Under the pieces are notes generated by a model. It saw only the letters and a program-made list of their open reading frames with translations. It was not told the origin of the DNA and searched no databases. DNA of 64,000 nucleotides from a virus, in the IMG/VR virus record IMGVR_UViG_3300036760_001167, positions 32,001 through 96,000 of that record; one strand, given 5' to 3'. The first letter of the stretch is position 1. Each line of letters begins with the position of its first letter. The position numbers were made by a program, and so were the translations under genes. This document shows positions 1 through 10,054 of this stretch, piece after piece.

Positions 1-633
1 GTACTTCTCGACACCGTCCAGCAGGTTGAGCACCGCGGACTCATTCTCGTTGCGGCCCGCCAGGATCGCGTCGAGGTCCTCCATCAGCACGACGACGCGC
101 GCCTCCGGCTGGATCGCGCGGATCTGCCGCAGCGCGATGTGCATGAGGTCCGGGCCGGGCCAGGTGATGACGAACCCGCCCGCCGCGATCACGTCCTGCG
201 CGACGAGGGAGAGCGTGCTGGTCTTGCCGGAGCCGGGCGGGCCGTAGAGCAGGATCCCGCGCTTGTGCGTCATGCCGAACTTCTCGTACAGCTCGCCGCG
301 CTCCCAGAACTGCTGGATCTCCGTCACCACCGCGTCGCCCGCGGTGCCGGGCAGCCGGAGCAGCTTGTCCGTGCCCATCTCGGCCCTGGTGAAGAAGAGC
401 GTGCCGTTGGTGACCTGCACGTCGTAGAGGCCGGCGGGCATGACGTCGACCGTGTCGCTGACCGCGTAGTACATGCCGTTCGCGAAGCCCCACTGCGAGA
501 CCAGCGGCACGTCCCTCCCCTTCCTTGCCCGCTCCGTCACGTTGGTGACGCGGGGAACCCACCCCGCGCCGCGGCCGCTCCCACGACTCCTCGACACCGG
601 CCGCCTTGAACCGTGCCGGTCCGTGGCAGCCAC
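1..633 (-). CDS. AAA+ ATPase (3' end runs off the window)
   Basis: Manual translation: KRGILLYGPPGSGKT (Walker A), VVVLMEDLD (Walker B), LNLLDG; GTG at 633 with AGGGAAGG upstream. Not in the ORF track because it is truncated. Confidence 0.85.
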   Translation of the reverse strand, partial: MAATDRHGSRRPVSRSRGSGRGAGWVPRVTNVTERARKGRDVPLVSQWGFANGMYYAVSDTVDVMPAGLYDVQVTNGTLFFTRAEMGTDKLLRLPGTAGDAVVTEIQQFWERGELYEKFGMTHKRGILLYGPPGSGKTSTLSLVAQDVIAAGGFVITWPGPDLMHIALRQIRAIQPEARVVVLMEDLDAILAGRNENESAVLNLLDGVEKY

Positions 634-648
634 GCGGCCTTCCCTGCG

Positions 649-721
649 TCCCCGGAGAAGGACTCGAACCCTCGGCCGTCGCGTTAGGACCGCGCCGCTC
701 TTTCCTCTGAGCTACCCGGGG
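649..721 (-). tRNA. tRNA-Arg(CCT)
   Basis: Cloverleaf: CCCCGGG/TCCGGGG acceptor, GCTC..GAGC D arm, loop GTCCTAA, GAGGG-TTCGAGT-CCTTC T arm. Confidence 0.85.
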
Positions 722-727
722 CTGAGC

Positions 728-753
728 GGGAGGGCCGCCCTCGCGGCCCTCCC
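728..753 (-). terminator. GC-rich hairpin (terminator or processing site)
   Basis: GGGAGGGCCGC-CCTC-GCGGCCCTCCC inverted repeat between the surface-protein gene and the tRNA. Confidence 0.5.
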
Positions 754-782
754 GTCCTGCTTGGCTCCGATACCTTACCTCG

Positions 783-1802
783 TTACCTGCCTCCCCGCGT
801 CACCGACGCGATGGACCGCTTCCGCGTGAGCGCGAGCGCGCCCAGGCCGAGCAGCGTCAGGAGCCCCATGCCGATCGCGGGCCGCGTGACGTTCGAGCCC
901 GTCATCGCGAGGTCGCCGCCGGACGGCGGGCCACCCGCGAAGGTCGGGATCGGAGGCGCCGGCGTCCAGGTGGACTGCCAGCAGGGGAACTGGTCCGCCG
1001 GGCACGCCTTGGGCGGCGGCGTCGGCGAAGGGGTCTGGCAGCCGGCGTTGTCCACCGTGAGCGTCCGCACGTCGCCGCCGTTGAACGCGGCCGTGACCAC
1101 GGTCCCGTTCGCGAGCTGGCCGAGGTCCACGTCCGTCGGGTTGACGGAGATGGTCACGTCGGTGAAGACGCCGTCGACGCTGTAGTACGCGTTCCCGGTG
1201 CCCTCGAACCTGATGAACGTGTCCGTGCAGCTCGAGAAGATGAACGCCTCGGGCGTCGCGGGCGGTGGCGGCGGGGTCTGCGTGCCGATCGGCACGCACT
1301 GCCCGTCGTTGTTGAGCTCGTACCCCTCCGGGACCGTCGCCTGGTCGCCCTCGATGTTCGGGCAGACGTCGACGGGCGGGGGCGTGGTCGTCAGCGGCAC
1401 GCAGTCGCCGTTGTCGTCGATCACGTCGCCCTCCGGGACCGTCGCCTGGTCGCCCTCGATGTTCGGGCAGACGTCGGTCGGCGTGTCGCCGGACGGGCAG
1501 TCGCTCGCGGACGGGCTCTCCTGGCCGACGTCGAGGGCCAGCACGAAGCTCCGGCCCTGCGCGTCGTTGAAGTACAAGCCCACCACGACCGGGTCCTCGC
1601 CGATCGCGTTGAAGTCCACGTCGATCGGGTTCTGGCCGGTCTGCAGCGTCTCGTTCACGCCGGGCGTCCCGACGTACTTGCAGACGAACGCCTTGTGCGG
1701 CGCGGCCGTCGCGTTCGCGGCCATGATGTTCGCCCCGATCGGCAGGAGCACCACGGCCGTCACGGCAAGCGCCGCGAGCAGCTTGTTCCTTGTCCTCTTC
1801 AT
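783..1802 (-). CDS. Secreted, sortase-anchored (LAxTG) surface protein with acidic Cys repeats
   Basis: Signal peptide MKRTRNKLLAALAVTAVVLL; 2x DVCPNIEGDQATVPEG; Pro-rich linkers; C-terminal LAMTG, hydrophobic helix and RKR tail; RBS GAGGAG. Confidence 0.8.
   Translation of the reverse strand: MKRTRNKLLAALAVTAVVLLPIGANIMAANATAAPHKAFVCKYVGTPGVNETLQTGQNPIDVDFNAIGEDPVVVGLYFNDAQGRSFVLALDVGQESPSASDCPSGDTPTDVCPNIEGDQATVPEGDVIDDNGDCVPLTTTPPPVDVCPNIEGDQATVPEGYELNNDGQCVPIGTQTPPPPPATPEAFIFSSCTDTFIRFEGTGNAYYSVDGVFTDVTISVNPTDVDLGQLANGTVVTAAFNGGDVRTLTVDNAGCQTPSPTPPPKACPADQFPCWQSTWTPAPPIPTFAGGPPSGGDLAMTGSNVTRPAIGMGLLTLLGLGALALTRKRSIASVTRGGR
1324..1476. repeat. 48-bp exact direct repeat (1324-1371 and 1429-1476)
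   Basis: Identical ccctccgggaccgtcgcctggtcgccctcgatgttcgggcagacgtcg, encoding DVCPNIEGDQATVPEG. Confidence 0.95.
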
Positions 1803-1848
1803 CTCCGTCTCCTCTCGCGCAGGCTTGTGACCTGCCTCCATCCGCATC

Positions 1849-2088
1849 TTACCTGGATGCGGCCGCCTTGTACACCCCCACCCGCTCTGCCACTGCGGCG
1901 AAGCCGGCGTGGATCGCGCTGGCCGCGCAGGCCCACGCCTCGGCGGCGCAGCTCTCGCCGTGGAACTCGAAGCGGGCCTCGTGCGGGCGGATGCCCGCGG
2001 CGAGGTCGCCCTTGTCCCGCACCGTCACGACGAAGTAGTCCACGCCTCCATCGTAGTGCCTCGTCGCCGCCTCCCTCGTCGCCCTCAT
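1849..2088 (-). CDS. Hypothetical protein
   Basis: ATGA overlap with the TadG-like stop; MRATREAATRHYDGGVDYF... Confidence 0.6.
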   Translation of the reverse strand: MRATREAATRHYDGGVDYFVVTVRDKGDLAAGIRPHEARFEFHGESCAAEAWACAASAIHAGFAAVAERVGVYKAAASR

Positions 2089-2780
2089 GCCGACAGCCAG
2101 ACGTGCGGGCTCGCGTCGTGCGGGCAGTCGACGGCCGGGTCGATGAAGTAGCTCTGGTTTGACTGCGGCACCGACGCGATCACGAAGGAGTCCTGCGCGT
2201 CGTTGAAACCGGTCGTCCCGTTCCACGGGAGGCCGCTGTGCCAGTCCTTGAGGTCGGAGCTGTTCACGCTCCTCCAGCCGCTCGCTGACACGCTGAGCCT
2301 CTCGGGGTTCCCGACGTACTTGCAGACGTAGACCTGCTTGTCGGCCCCGTTCACGGGGTGGAGCACCGCGGGCGTCAGCCCGTTCAGCCGCCACGAGCCG
2401 GTCGCCGCCACGGTGACGGTCCTCGAGTTGGAGAGGCCCAGGACCGGCGCGAAGTACAGCGGCTGCGTCGACGTGAACGTGACCGAGACGCTGCCGGTCA
2501 CGTTGTTGCACTGGCTGAGGTTCATCGTCCAGGTGAAGCCCGCGGCATGCGGCGCGTTCACCGGGAAGATCGCGAGCGCGTCCGCCTGCGCGGCCGGCGC
2601 GCCCAGCCCCTTCGAGCACTTGAGCGCGGCCGCCAGCGCGGCCGCGTCGGCGCCGTTGACCATCTCTCGCCGCCTGTACAGCATCCCGCCGACGTCGACC
2701 GTCAGCGCGACCGCGCCCATCATCACGACCAGCACGAGCGCCGTGACGACCGCGACGACGCCCTCCTCGCGGCGCCTCAT
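2085..2780 (-). CDS. TadG-like pseudopilin (Tad N-terminal domain)
   Basis: RRREEG|VVAVVTALVLVVMMGAVALTVDVG...MVNGADAAALAAA matches the TadG-type N-terminal signature. Confidence 0.85.
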   Translation of the reverse strand: MRRREEGVVAVVTALVLVVMMGAVALTVDVGGMLYRRREMVNGADAAALAAALKCSKGLGAPAAQADALAIFPVNAPHAAGFTWTMNLSQCNNVTGSVSVTFTSTQPLYFAPVLGLSNSRTVTVAATGSWRLNGLTPAVLHPVNGADKQVYVCKYVGNPERLSVSASGWRSVNSSDLKDWHSGLPWNGTTGFNDAQDSFVIASVPQSNQSYFIDPAVDCPHDASPHVWLSA

Positions 2781-3169
2781 CGCTCGCACCTGAAGGTCGC
2801 CGCGATGTTCGTCGCGATGTGGAAGTCCGGGAGCAGCGGGATCGAGATCACGATGCCCTGGCCCCCGTTCAGCAGGCCCGTGTTGAAGCTCGCGGTCGAG
2901 TCGACGCCGGCGCCGTCGCAGGAGGTCACGAGCACCTGGGCGGCGGGCACGAGCCCTGCCGAGGTGTCCGAGACCTTCTGCTGGACGGTCGCGACGCAGG
3001 TTCCGCCGGGACAAACCGCGCCGGTGCGGGCGCCCTCGCGCACCGCGCCGCGGATGGTCTGGAGCTGCATGAAGCCCAGCCCGAACCCGATGACGCCGAA
3101 GACCAGCATGAACAGCAGCGGCGCGACGAGCGCGAACTCGACCGCCGCCGCCCCGCGCTCGCGCCTCAC
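2777..3169 (-). CDS. tadE: TadE family pseudopilin
   Basis: RERG|AAAVEFALVAPLLFMLVFGVIGFG...AVREGARTGAV: prepilin cleavage motif with Glu+5 and the TadE motif. Confidence 0.9.
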   Translation of the reverse strand: MRRERGAAAVEFALVAPLLFMLVFGVIGFGLGFMQLQTIRGAVREGARTGAVCPGGTCVATVQQKVSDTSAGLVPAAQVLVTSCDGAGVDSTASFNTGLLNGGQGIVISIPLLPDFHIATNIAATFRCER

Positions 3170-3261
3170 TTCGAGACCGCCCGCGCGAAGAGCGAGAACG
3201 CTCCCCACACCATCACGTTCGCGGCCACTCCCACGAGCAGCCACGTCTTGAAGTTCTTCAT
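3166..3261 (-). CDS. 31-aa single-helix membrane protein
   Basis: MKNFKTWLLVGVAANVMVWGAFSLFARAVSK; overlaps both the rtcB stop and the tadE start. Confidence 0.55.
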   Translation of the reverse strand: MKNFKTWLLVGVAANVMVWGAFSLFARAVSK

Positions 3262-4502
3262 CGCGTGCCTCCTGTCTTCCGGCGCCTGTCGTCGACGCCC
3301 TTGTAGTTCGCGATCGCGCGGAGCCTGTAGTCGACCCGCACGAGGTCGGCCTGGTCGGCCATTACCGTCTCGACGTCCTTGTACGCCTGCGGGCTCTCGT
3401 CCAGCAGGCTCGCCGCGTCGCCGTCCTGCCAGGCGACGCCCTCCATCCGCGCCGCGAAGTCCTCGAGCGCGACCTCCTTCCTGGCCCTGCCGCGCGACAT
3501 CACGCGGCCCGCGCCGTGCGAACAGCTCTCGTAGGACTCGGGGTTCCCGAGCCCGCTCACGACGAAGCTCGCCTGGCCCATGGCGCCGGGGATCAGGCCG
3601 CGGCTCGAGACGTGCGCGGCGATCGCGCCCTTGCGCGTGACGTACGCGTGCCGCCCGAGCTCCGCGACGCCCTCGAAGCTCACGTAGTTGTGGTGGCAGT
3701 TCACCTCGTCCTCGATCAGGAGGCGCTTCCCGGCGACCTCCTCGAGGGCGGCGTGGGCGCGGCGCAGGATCTGCCGACGGTTCTCGAGCGCGTACCGCTG
3801 CGCCCAGGAGACGTCCGCCACGTAGGCCGCGAACTCGCTGCCGCCGCGGTCGAGCCAGGCCAGGTCGAGCTCCGGCACCGTCTCGCCGGCCGCCGCGCGC
3901 TCCGCGCTGGGGTGCGGCTTGAGCGGCACGTCGGCGCCGTGGAGCAGCGCTGCGGCGTCGCCGTAGACCCGCGCCAGCTTGTTCCCCGCGCCGCGCGAGC
4001 CGGAGTGCAGCAGGATCCACACCTGCCCGAGCTCGTCGACGCTGAGCTCCACGAAGTGGTTCCCCGCGCCGAGCGTGCCGATCTGCCGGCCCGCGAGCGG
4101 GACGTCGTCGACCCTCGACGGCGCCGGGTCGCAGGCGATGAACTCCGCCGCCTCGTCGGACATCGCCCTGTCCCAGTGCCCCAGCCCCGCCGGGACGAGC
4201 CGCCCCACAGCCTCCACCCAGGCCGCGGCGTCGCCGTCGCCCAAGTCGCCCAAGTCCAGCGCCAGCCTGCGCGCGGCCATGCCGCAGCCGATGTCCACGC
4301 CGACCGCCATCGGGATGACCGCGTCCTCGGTCACGAGGACGCTGCCGATCGTGGCGCCGTGGCCGAGGTGCGCGTCCGGCATCAGCGCGACGGGCAGGCT
4401 CAGGATCGCGAGCTCCGCGGTCCGCTCCGCGGCCTCGCGGGCGTTGTCATCCAGGATGCTGGCCCAGCTCCGGACCCTGCCGTTCGCGAACGTCTCACGC
4501 AT
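3258..4502 (-). CDS. rtcB: RtcB RNA ligase
   Basis: MPDAHLG, VGVDIGCGM, GTLGAGNHFVE, HSGSRG, HHNY, TRKGA, SCSHGAGR, DESPQAYKD motifs. Confidence 0.97.
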   Translation of the reverse strand: MRETFANGRVRSWASILDDNAREAAERTAELAILSLPVALMPDAHLGHGATIGSVLVTEDAVIPMAVGVDIGCGMAARRLALDLGDLGDGDAAAWVEAVGRLVPAGLGHWDRAMSDEAAEFIACDPAPSRVDDVPLAGRQIGTLGAGNHFVELSVDELGQVWILLHSGSRGAGNKLARVYGDAAALLHGADVPLKPHPSAERAAAGETVPELDLAWLDRGGSEFAAYVADVSWAQRYALENRRQILRRAHAALEEVAGKRLLIEDEVNCHHNYVSFEGVAELGRHAYVTRKGAIAAHVSSRGLIPGAMGQASFVVSGLGNPESYESCSHGAGRVMSRGRARKEVALEDFAARMEGVAWQDGDAASLLDESPQAYKDVETVMADQADLVRVDYRLRAIANYKGVDDRRRKTGGTR

Positions 4503-7319
4503 CTACTCCTCCGTCCCTCAGGATTCCCTCGGCGTCGCTCAGCACGCCGCGCAGGGCGGCGACCAGCACCTGCGAGGTCTCATGCTCGGGGTGCAGCCTG
4601 AGCATGTGGGTCGTCCACGCCTCGATGGCGAGGCGCTCCGCGTCCTCGTGGTCTTGCGGGTGCCAGGTCTCGCACACCTCGCAGCGCAGCTCCAGCACCT
4701 CGTCATCCACGGCCCAGCCTCCCCTCGCTCCAGAACTCGAGCTCGCCGCACGTCGCGGGCGGGCTCGCGTCCATCGCGAGCACCAGGCCCGGCACGATCT
4801 CGCGCTCGTACTGCTCCAGCTCGACCTTGTCCGCCGCGTCTTCGGGCATCGTCATCTCACTGCTCCTCCCGCTCGCGGCGCTCCAGCGCCAGGTACCACT
4901 CCTCGTCCAGGTCCGACTCGCGCGCCACCTCGCGGGCGAGCAGCGCGTCGACGCGGTCCTGCGTCGCCTCCATCAGCGCGTCGCCGGCGCGGGCGCCGAG
5001 CTCGAGCGGCGGGAGGAAGACCTCGAGCCTGCAGAAGCCGCGGCCGAGCGGGTCGACGTCGAAGCACCAGGCGAGCACCCTCGTCCCTCATGAGAAGCCG
5101 CCGACCCGGCCCGCTGCGTCCGCGAGCTCGAACGCGACCCAGGCAAGCGCCGCCACGACGGCGAGCACGCAGAAGACCCGCGCCCAGATCATCGTGGGAC
5201 CGCCAGGATCCGGGCCTCGGCCTCGTCGTACTCCTCGCGGTGCCGCTCCGGCAACGAGGAGAACTCGACCGTGTAGCCGTGCCGCTGGCCAGGGACCAGG
5301 CGGTCCGCGAGGGTCTCGCCCTCGGCCTCGGCCGCGTCGCGCAGCCTGGCCCTCAGCGCGTCGCCGAACTTTCCCTGGTTCCTCATGACGCCTCCTCCGT
5401 GTCCGCGATCGCCCGGCCGGTCGCCCTGACCCAGTCCGCGATCTGCTCGATGGTGCCCGCGTCCCACTCCTCGCCGCTCAGGTACTCGGCCATCTGGTCG
5501 AGCGCCCTGCCGTCCGGCAGCGGCGCCCACGGGTTGCCCGTGACCGCCAGCGCGCGGCGCGCGGCGTCGTCGCTCGGGTAGAGCGCGCACAGGTCGCAGC
5601 GGTACGGCTGCTCGACCTCGCCCTGGTCGCCCGGCCGCACCGTGAAGATCCCGGCGTTGGGCTGGGTGCCGCAGGCGTCGCACGCGCTCGGCTGGCTCAT
5701 CCGAGCCTCGTCCCGAGCACGCTGCCCTCCGCCTTGATGACCTCGGCAACGTTGTCCCGCTTCGCGTCCGCGCGCTCGTGGCGGCGCTCCTCGCGCATCC
5801 ACGCGGGCCGCGGCTCGCGGCGCTCCTGGCGCGGTGCCAGCTCGTCCTCGAGGCGCTCCATCTCCGTCGCGTTCACTCTGTGCCTCCTTGGTCGCTCTCG
5901 TGCCTGTGGCCGGACGGTGTTCCGTCCGACTCCGGGACGCAGTCGCCGCGGGCGCAGCCCGCGAAGACCGCGCGCCTCGCCTCGCAGTGGCCGCAGCCCT
6001 CGCGGTGCGACGCCTGGTGGTGCGCGTCGTCCCTGGCCGCGGCCGCCACCTCGCGCAGGACCGGCGCCTCCGATCGGCTCAGCCTGGCCTGGTCGGCCTC
6101 CGCGCTCTCGCCGGTCAGCTGGCGCGCGGCGGCGGCCTCCTCGACCTCCTCGACCGTCTCCTCGTCGACGTGCCCGGCCTCGACCAGCTCGCGCAGCGTC
6201 TCGGCGCGGCCGACCACCCAGTCGAGCTCGGCCATCGTCAGGCAGCCGGTATTCTGCAGCCCCGTCGCGCGCCACTCGGCGTCGACCCTGGCGCGGATGC
6301 TCTCGACGTCCATCATCAGAACCATCCTCCTTCGCGGATCCTCGTCCTCATGTCCTCGATGCTCAGGCGGGCGGCCATGAGCTTGTCGGCCGCGGTCGGG
6401 CGGTGCGCCGCGTGGTCGCGGGTCGCCTCGGCCCTCCGCCAGAACCAGCCGGAGTCCTCGGACCAGCGGCCGAGCTTGCTGCAGAGCCACTCCGCGAGCT
6501 CGCAGTCCGTCAGTCGCGCGGCGTTCGCGGCCTTGACGACCGCAGCGTCGACGCCCGCCTGGGCGCTGCGCATCAGGTGCCGCTCGCCGCCGTACCCGTA
6601 GTCGCTCTGCCGGTCGATGTCGGCGGCCGTGAAGTCGCGGCGGCCGATCGCGTCCGGGTTGTCGCAGGGCGCTCCCACGCCGTGCGTGCAGGTCTCAGGC
6701 ATGGGGCGCCTCCAGTCCGCGCAGCGCGTTGGCGAAGCGCAGCCGGGCGTCGGCGTCGTCGGCGCTCAGGCCCTCGGCGATGAGCGCGACCGCGTCGCGG
6801 CCCTCGAACTCGACGACGGACCAGCCGGCGTCAGTGACCTCGGTGCCGTACCAGCGCGCCCTCATGACTGGGCCTCGCGGGCCAGGTGCCGCTCGACGTC
6901 TAGCTCGGAGAACTTGTAGCGCTTGCTGTCGTCGAGGCACAGGGCGGAGATGCCGTACTTGGTCGAGCGCGGGTTCACGCCCACGATCTTGAAGCGCCGC
7001 ACGCCCACGGTGAACTCGGCGCCGAAGTGCTCGGGCCGCAGGCCGAAGGACGGCGCGTACCGCTCGAACTCGAGCTTGGCCGCGTCGGCCTGCTCGAAGA
7101 CCACCTTGTTGGGGCGGAAGGAGCTGCCGCCGCCGACCTTGACCGTCAAGCCGTGCGCCTGGGCGATCGCTGCGAGCGCTTGCTGCGCCTCTGTCGCGAG
7201 CGTCCTGCAGAGTGCCTTGTCCATCCCGTGCCTTGTCCATCTCGTCCATCCCTTCTGTCGAGCGCGGTCCGTCCGCCTCGCGGTTCCGCGCGTTCTTCGC
7301 CGCGCGGAGCCGTCAAGCG

Positions 7320-7511
7320 TCAGGCGTAGATGCTGGCGGAGAAGCGGCGGGCAACCTCGGCGTTGATGGCGTCGACTGCCTCTTGGTCGACGTACGCGCC
7401 GCCCAGGTTCTCGTGCTCCCAGACGACGGTGCTGCGGACGTCGGCGAGCTTGTCGCTGTTCATGGCCTTGAAGTTCCGGAGTCTTCCTGTGGGTCCGCGT
7501 CCTGAGTTCAT
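7320..7511 (-). CDS. 63-aa protein with GRLRNF motif
   Basis: RBS AAGGAG; first gene after conserved promoter element 1; motif shared with the C-terminus of 59967-60584. Confidence 0.75.
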   Translation of the reverse strand: MNSGRGPTGRLRNFKAMNSDKLADVRSTVVWEHENLGGAYVDQEAVDAINAEVARRFSASIYA

Positions 7512-7554
7512 CCTGCGTCTCCTTCGTTCTCGAGCGGCCGTTCCGCTCTCTAGC

Positions 7555-7654
7555 TCTATTATCGGCAGCGCGCCCGCGGTGAGTACCGGCCGAAAGGGCC
7601 AGAACCGCCCTCCCCGGCAGCCTAGGTCGAAGGTCTGGTATGCGCCATACTAGG
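7555..7654 (-). promoter_or_regulatory. Conserved promoter/operator element, copy 1
   Basis: Minus strand: CTAGTATGGCGCATACCAGACCTTCGACCTAGG...CGGTAC...CCGATAAT. Confidence 0.8.
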
Positions 7655-8502
7655 CCGGGTTCCCGCTGCCCAGGGCCTCGGCGCGGTGCTTCCGGCACAG
7701 GGGCACCTTGCCCGCCCGCTCCGGCTCGATGTCGAGGCCCGCCCGCTCCGCCGCCTCGGGCTCCGCGGTGCCCGCGTAGTAGTGGCCGCAGCCCTTGACG
7801 CAGCAGACCCGGATCGTCCGGCCCTTGCCGCCTCCGACGCGGCTGCCGCTGCCCGCCTGCGCCGCCGATCGCAGCGCCTCCGCCGGGAACGTCGTCGCCG
7901 CGCCCGTCGTCTTGCCGCTGCGCGCCTCGCTCTCGACGCGGTGGACGCGGGCGCCCATGCCGCAGTAGTCGCGCGGCCACGCGTACAGGTTGCTCACGCC
8001 GATCCCCTCGCCCTTCAGGTGCGGCCTGCCGTCCGCCTCCCAGTGGTGGAACTCCCAGCGCTCGCCGGGGTCGGACCAGGGCAGGTCGACGATCAGGACG
8101 TCGCCGGGCCGGAAGTCCGGGCGCTCGAACCCGAGCAGCTCCGGCGCGTGCTCCGCCGCGCAGTGGAGCGGGCAGAAGCCGCACGGGTCGAGCCGCTCCT
8201 CGCGGCAGTCGGCGTGGAAGCAGCGCGGGTAGTGCTCGCGGCAGAAGCCGCGCGGGCTGATCGCCCCGGCCTTGCACTCCTCCTCGACGCACCGCGGCTT
8301 GGCCGTCATGCCTGGCCGCCGATCGCCCGGACCTGGTCGGCGCGGAGCTCGCGCCACTCGCCGCGCTCGTCGATGTGGCGCCAGAACGCGATCGACCGCG
8401 CGGCGGCGGCGCGCGACGGCGCGGCGACGACGTAGTCGGCCTGCACGATCCAGGGCTTCGCCTCGAGCCGCTCCGGCGCCGTGTGGAGCCAGTGCCAGGT
8501 CC

Positions 8503-9018
8503 TCACAGCTCGGCCCTCGCGAAGCGCCAGCCGAAGGAGGCGGCGAGGCTTCCCTCCATCTCGTCGCGGTAGGCGTGGAGGGGCGTGCCCTCCAGCGCGG
8601 TCCTCTTCGCGAGGATCGCGTCCACGGTCCGGCCCAGGATGACCGCGAGCTCGGCGTCGGTGACGCCGCGGTCGGGGTCGCAGGCCAGCAGCGCGTCCTC
8701 GTGCGACCACTCCTCGCCCCGGCGGTCGGCGGTGTCGATGGACGTGGCGTTGAGCCGCTTCTGGGCGATCGCCTTCTTGGCCCTCTGCTCCTCGGGCGTC
8801 CGCATCCGGCCGTCCTTGCGGGGCACCGTCGCGAGCAGGTCGAGCACGTCGTCGACGCAGACCCAGTGCCCGCCCGCGTTGACCTCGGCGCGCACGACCC
8901 CAGCGCTCACCCACTTGTGGACGGTGCTCTCGCACACGGGCAGCGCGCGGGCCGCGCCCGCGGGGTGGAGCCAGCGCGTGCCGTCGGCCTTCCTGCGCTT
9001 GACGTCGGCGGCCCTCAC
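8503..9018 (-). CDS. Helix-turn-helix (Xis/MerR-like) DNA-binding protein
   Basis: WLHPAGAARALPVCESTVHKWVSAGVVRA; a second HTH-like segment ELAVILGRTVDAI. Confidence 0.6.
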   Translation of the reverse strand: MRAADVKRRKADGTRWLHPAGAARALPVCESTVHKWVSAGVVRAEVNAGGHWVCVDDVLDLLATVPRKDGRMRTPEEQRAKKAIAQKRLNATSIDTADRRGEEWSHEDALLACDPDRGVTDAELAVILGRTVDAILAKRTALEGTPLHAYRDEMEGSLAASFGWRFARAEL

Positions 9019-9954
9019 TCGGGCACCTCCCGCCAGCAGGACTTGCAGCACAGGACGTCATCGTGGTAGGTCGTGGCGGCGCCGCAGCAGGGGCTGAGGC
9101 ACTCGCAGCGCGAGCCGTTGGGGTAGGTGCCGAGGCAGACCTCGCAGGTGAGCAGGCCGCCGCGGACGTCGTCGTCCTCGCCGGAGCTCAGCCGCCGCGC
9201 CCACTCGCGCTCGGTCAGGGGCGCGTCGCCGAAGTGGCCCCGCACGCCGTGGGCGTGCTCGCCCTGGATCCCGGACCCGCACCAGCACGCGCTCATGCCG
9301 CGCTCCTGAGTGCTAGCGCCTCGTCGAGGGGCACGTCGACGCCGAGCTCCCACGTGACCTCGCAGAACATCAGGTCGAAGACGGCCGCGGCCTCGTCGTT
9401 GCCGACGGGCCGGCCGATCGCCGCGAGCGCGTCGAGCCGCTCGACGGCCTTGGCCTCGGGCATGCGCCGCATCATGGGGTCGCCGCCTTGCAGCCGTCGC
9501 ACGTGGGCTCGCGGTCGGTAGGCTCGCACAGAGACGCGAACGCCCACTCGCCGCAGCGCCAGTTGAGGAGCTGCTGGGGAGGAGGGCAGCCCGCGGGCGC
9601 CTTCATGCCGGTGGACTCGACGGCGTGGATGACGCCGTCGAGGTGGCGGGCGTTCTTGAGGCGATCGCTCATGAGTTGTCCACCCTGTGCTCGGCCTTGC
9701 AGGCGGGACACGCGTCGCCGTCGCCGCAGTCGTCGCAGCCGCGGCGGTCGTCGCGCTCGTCGTCGCGCTCGTACCAGGGGAGCTCGTAGCGGCAGCCGAC
9801 GACGTGCGTCTCGCCGCTCAGCACGTCCCGGCCGCACAGTGGGCAGGTGGGCACTGGCTCGGCCGCGGGCAGGTAGAGCTCGCTGCGGCCGGTGAAGGTC
9901 CTGATTGCTCCGAACATCTTGCGCTCCTTCTCTCGGGGTCCGCTTGCTGTCTAC

Positions 9955-10054
9955 TTCATTATCGGCAGCGGCGGGCCCCGGGAGCACCGCCCGATCGGGC
10001 CGTTTCCGGCCCTGGGGCGGCCTAGGCGGAAGGTCTAGTGTGGCGCGCACTAGT
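9955..10054 (-). promoter_or_regulatory. Conserved promoter/operator element, copy 2
   Basis: Plus strand attatcggcagc ... cctagg-cggaaggtctagtgtggcgcgcactag, same spacing as copy 1. Confidence 0.8.

Noticed and set aside
3166-3261. 31-aa ORF as a Flp major pilin
   Set aside because: It lacks the G|xxxxEY prepilin motif.
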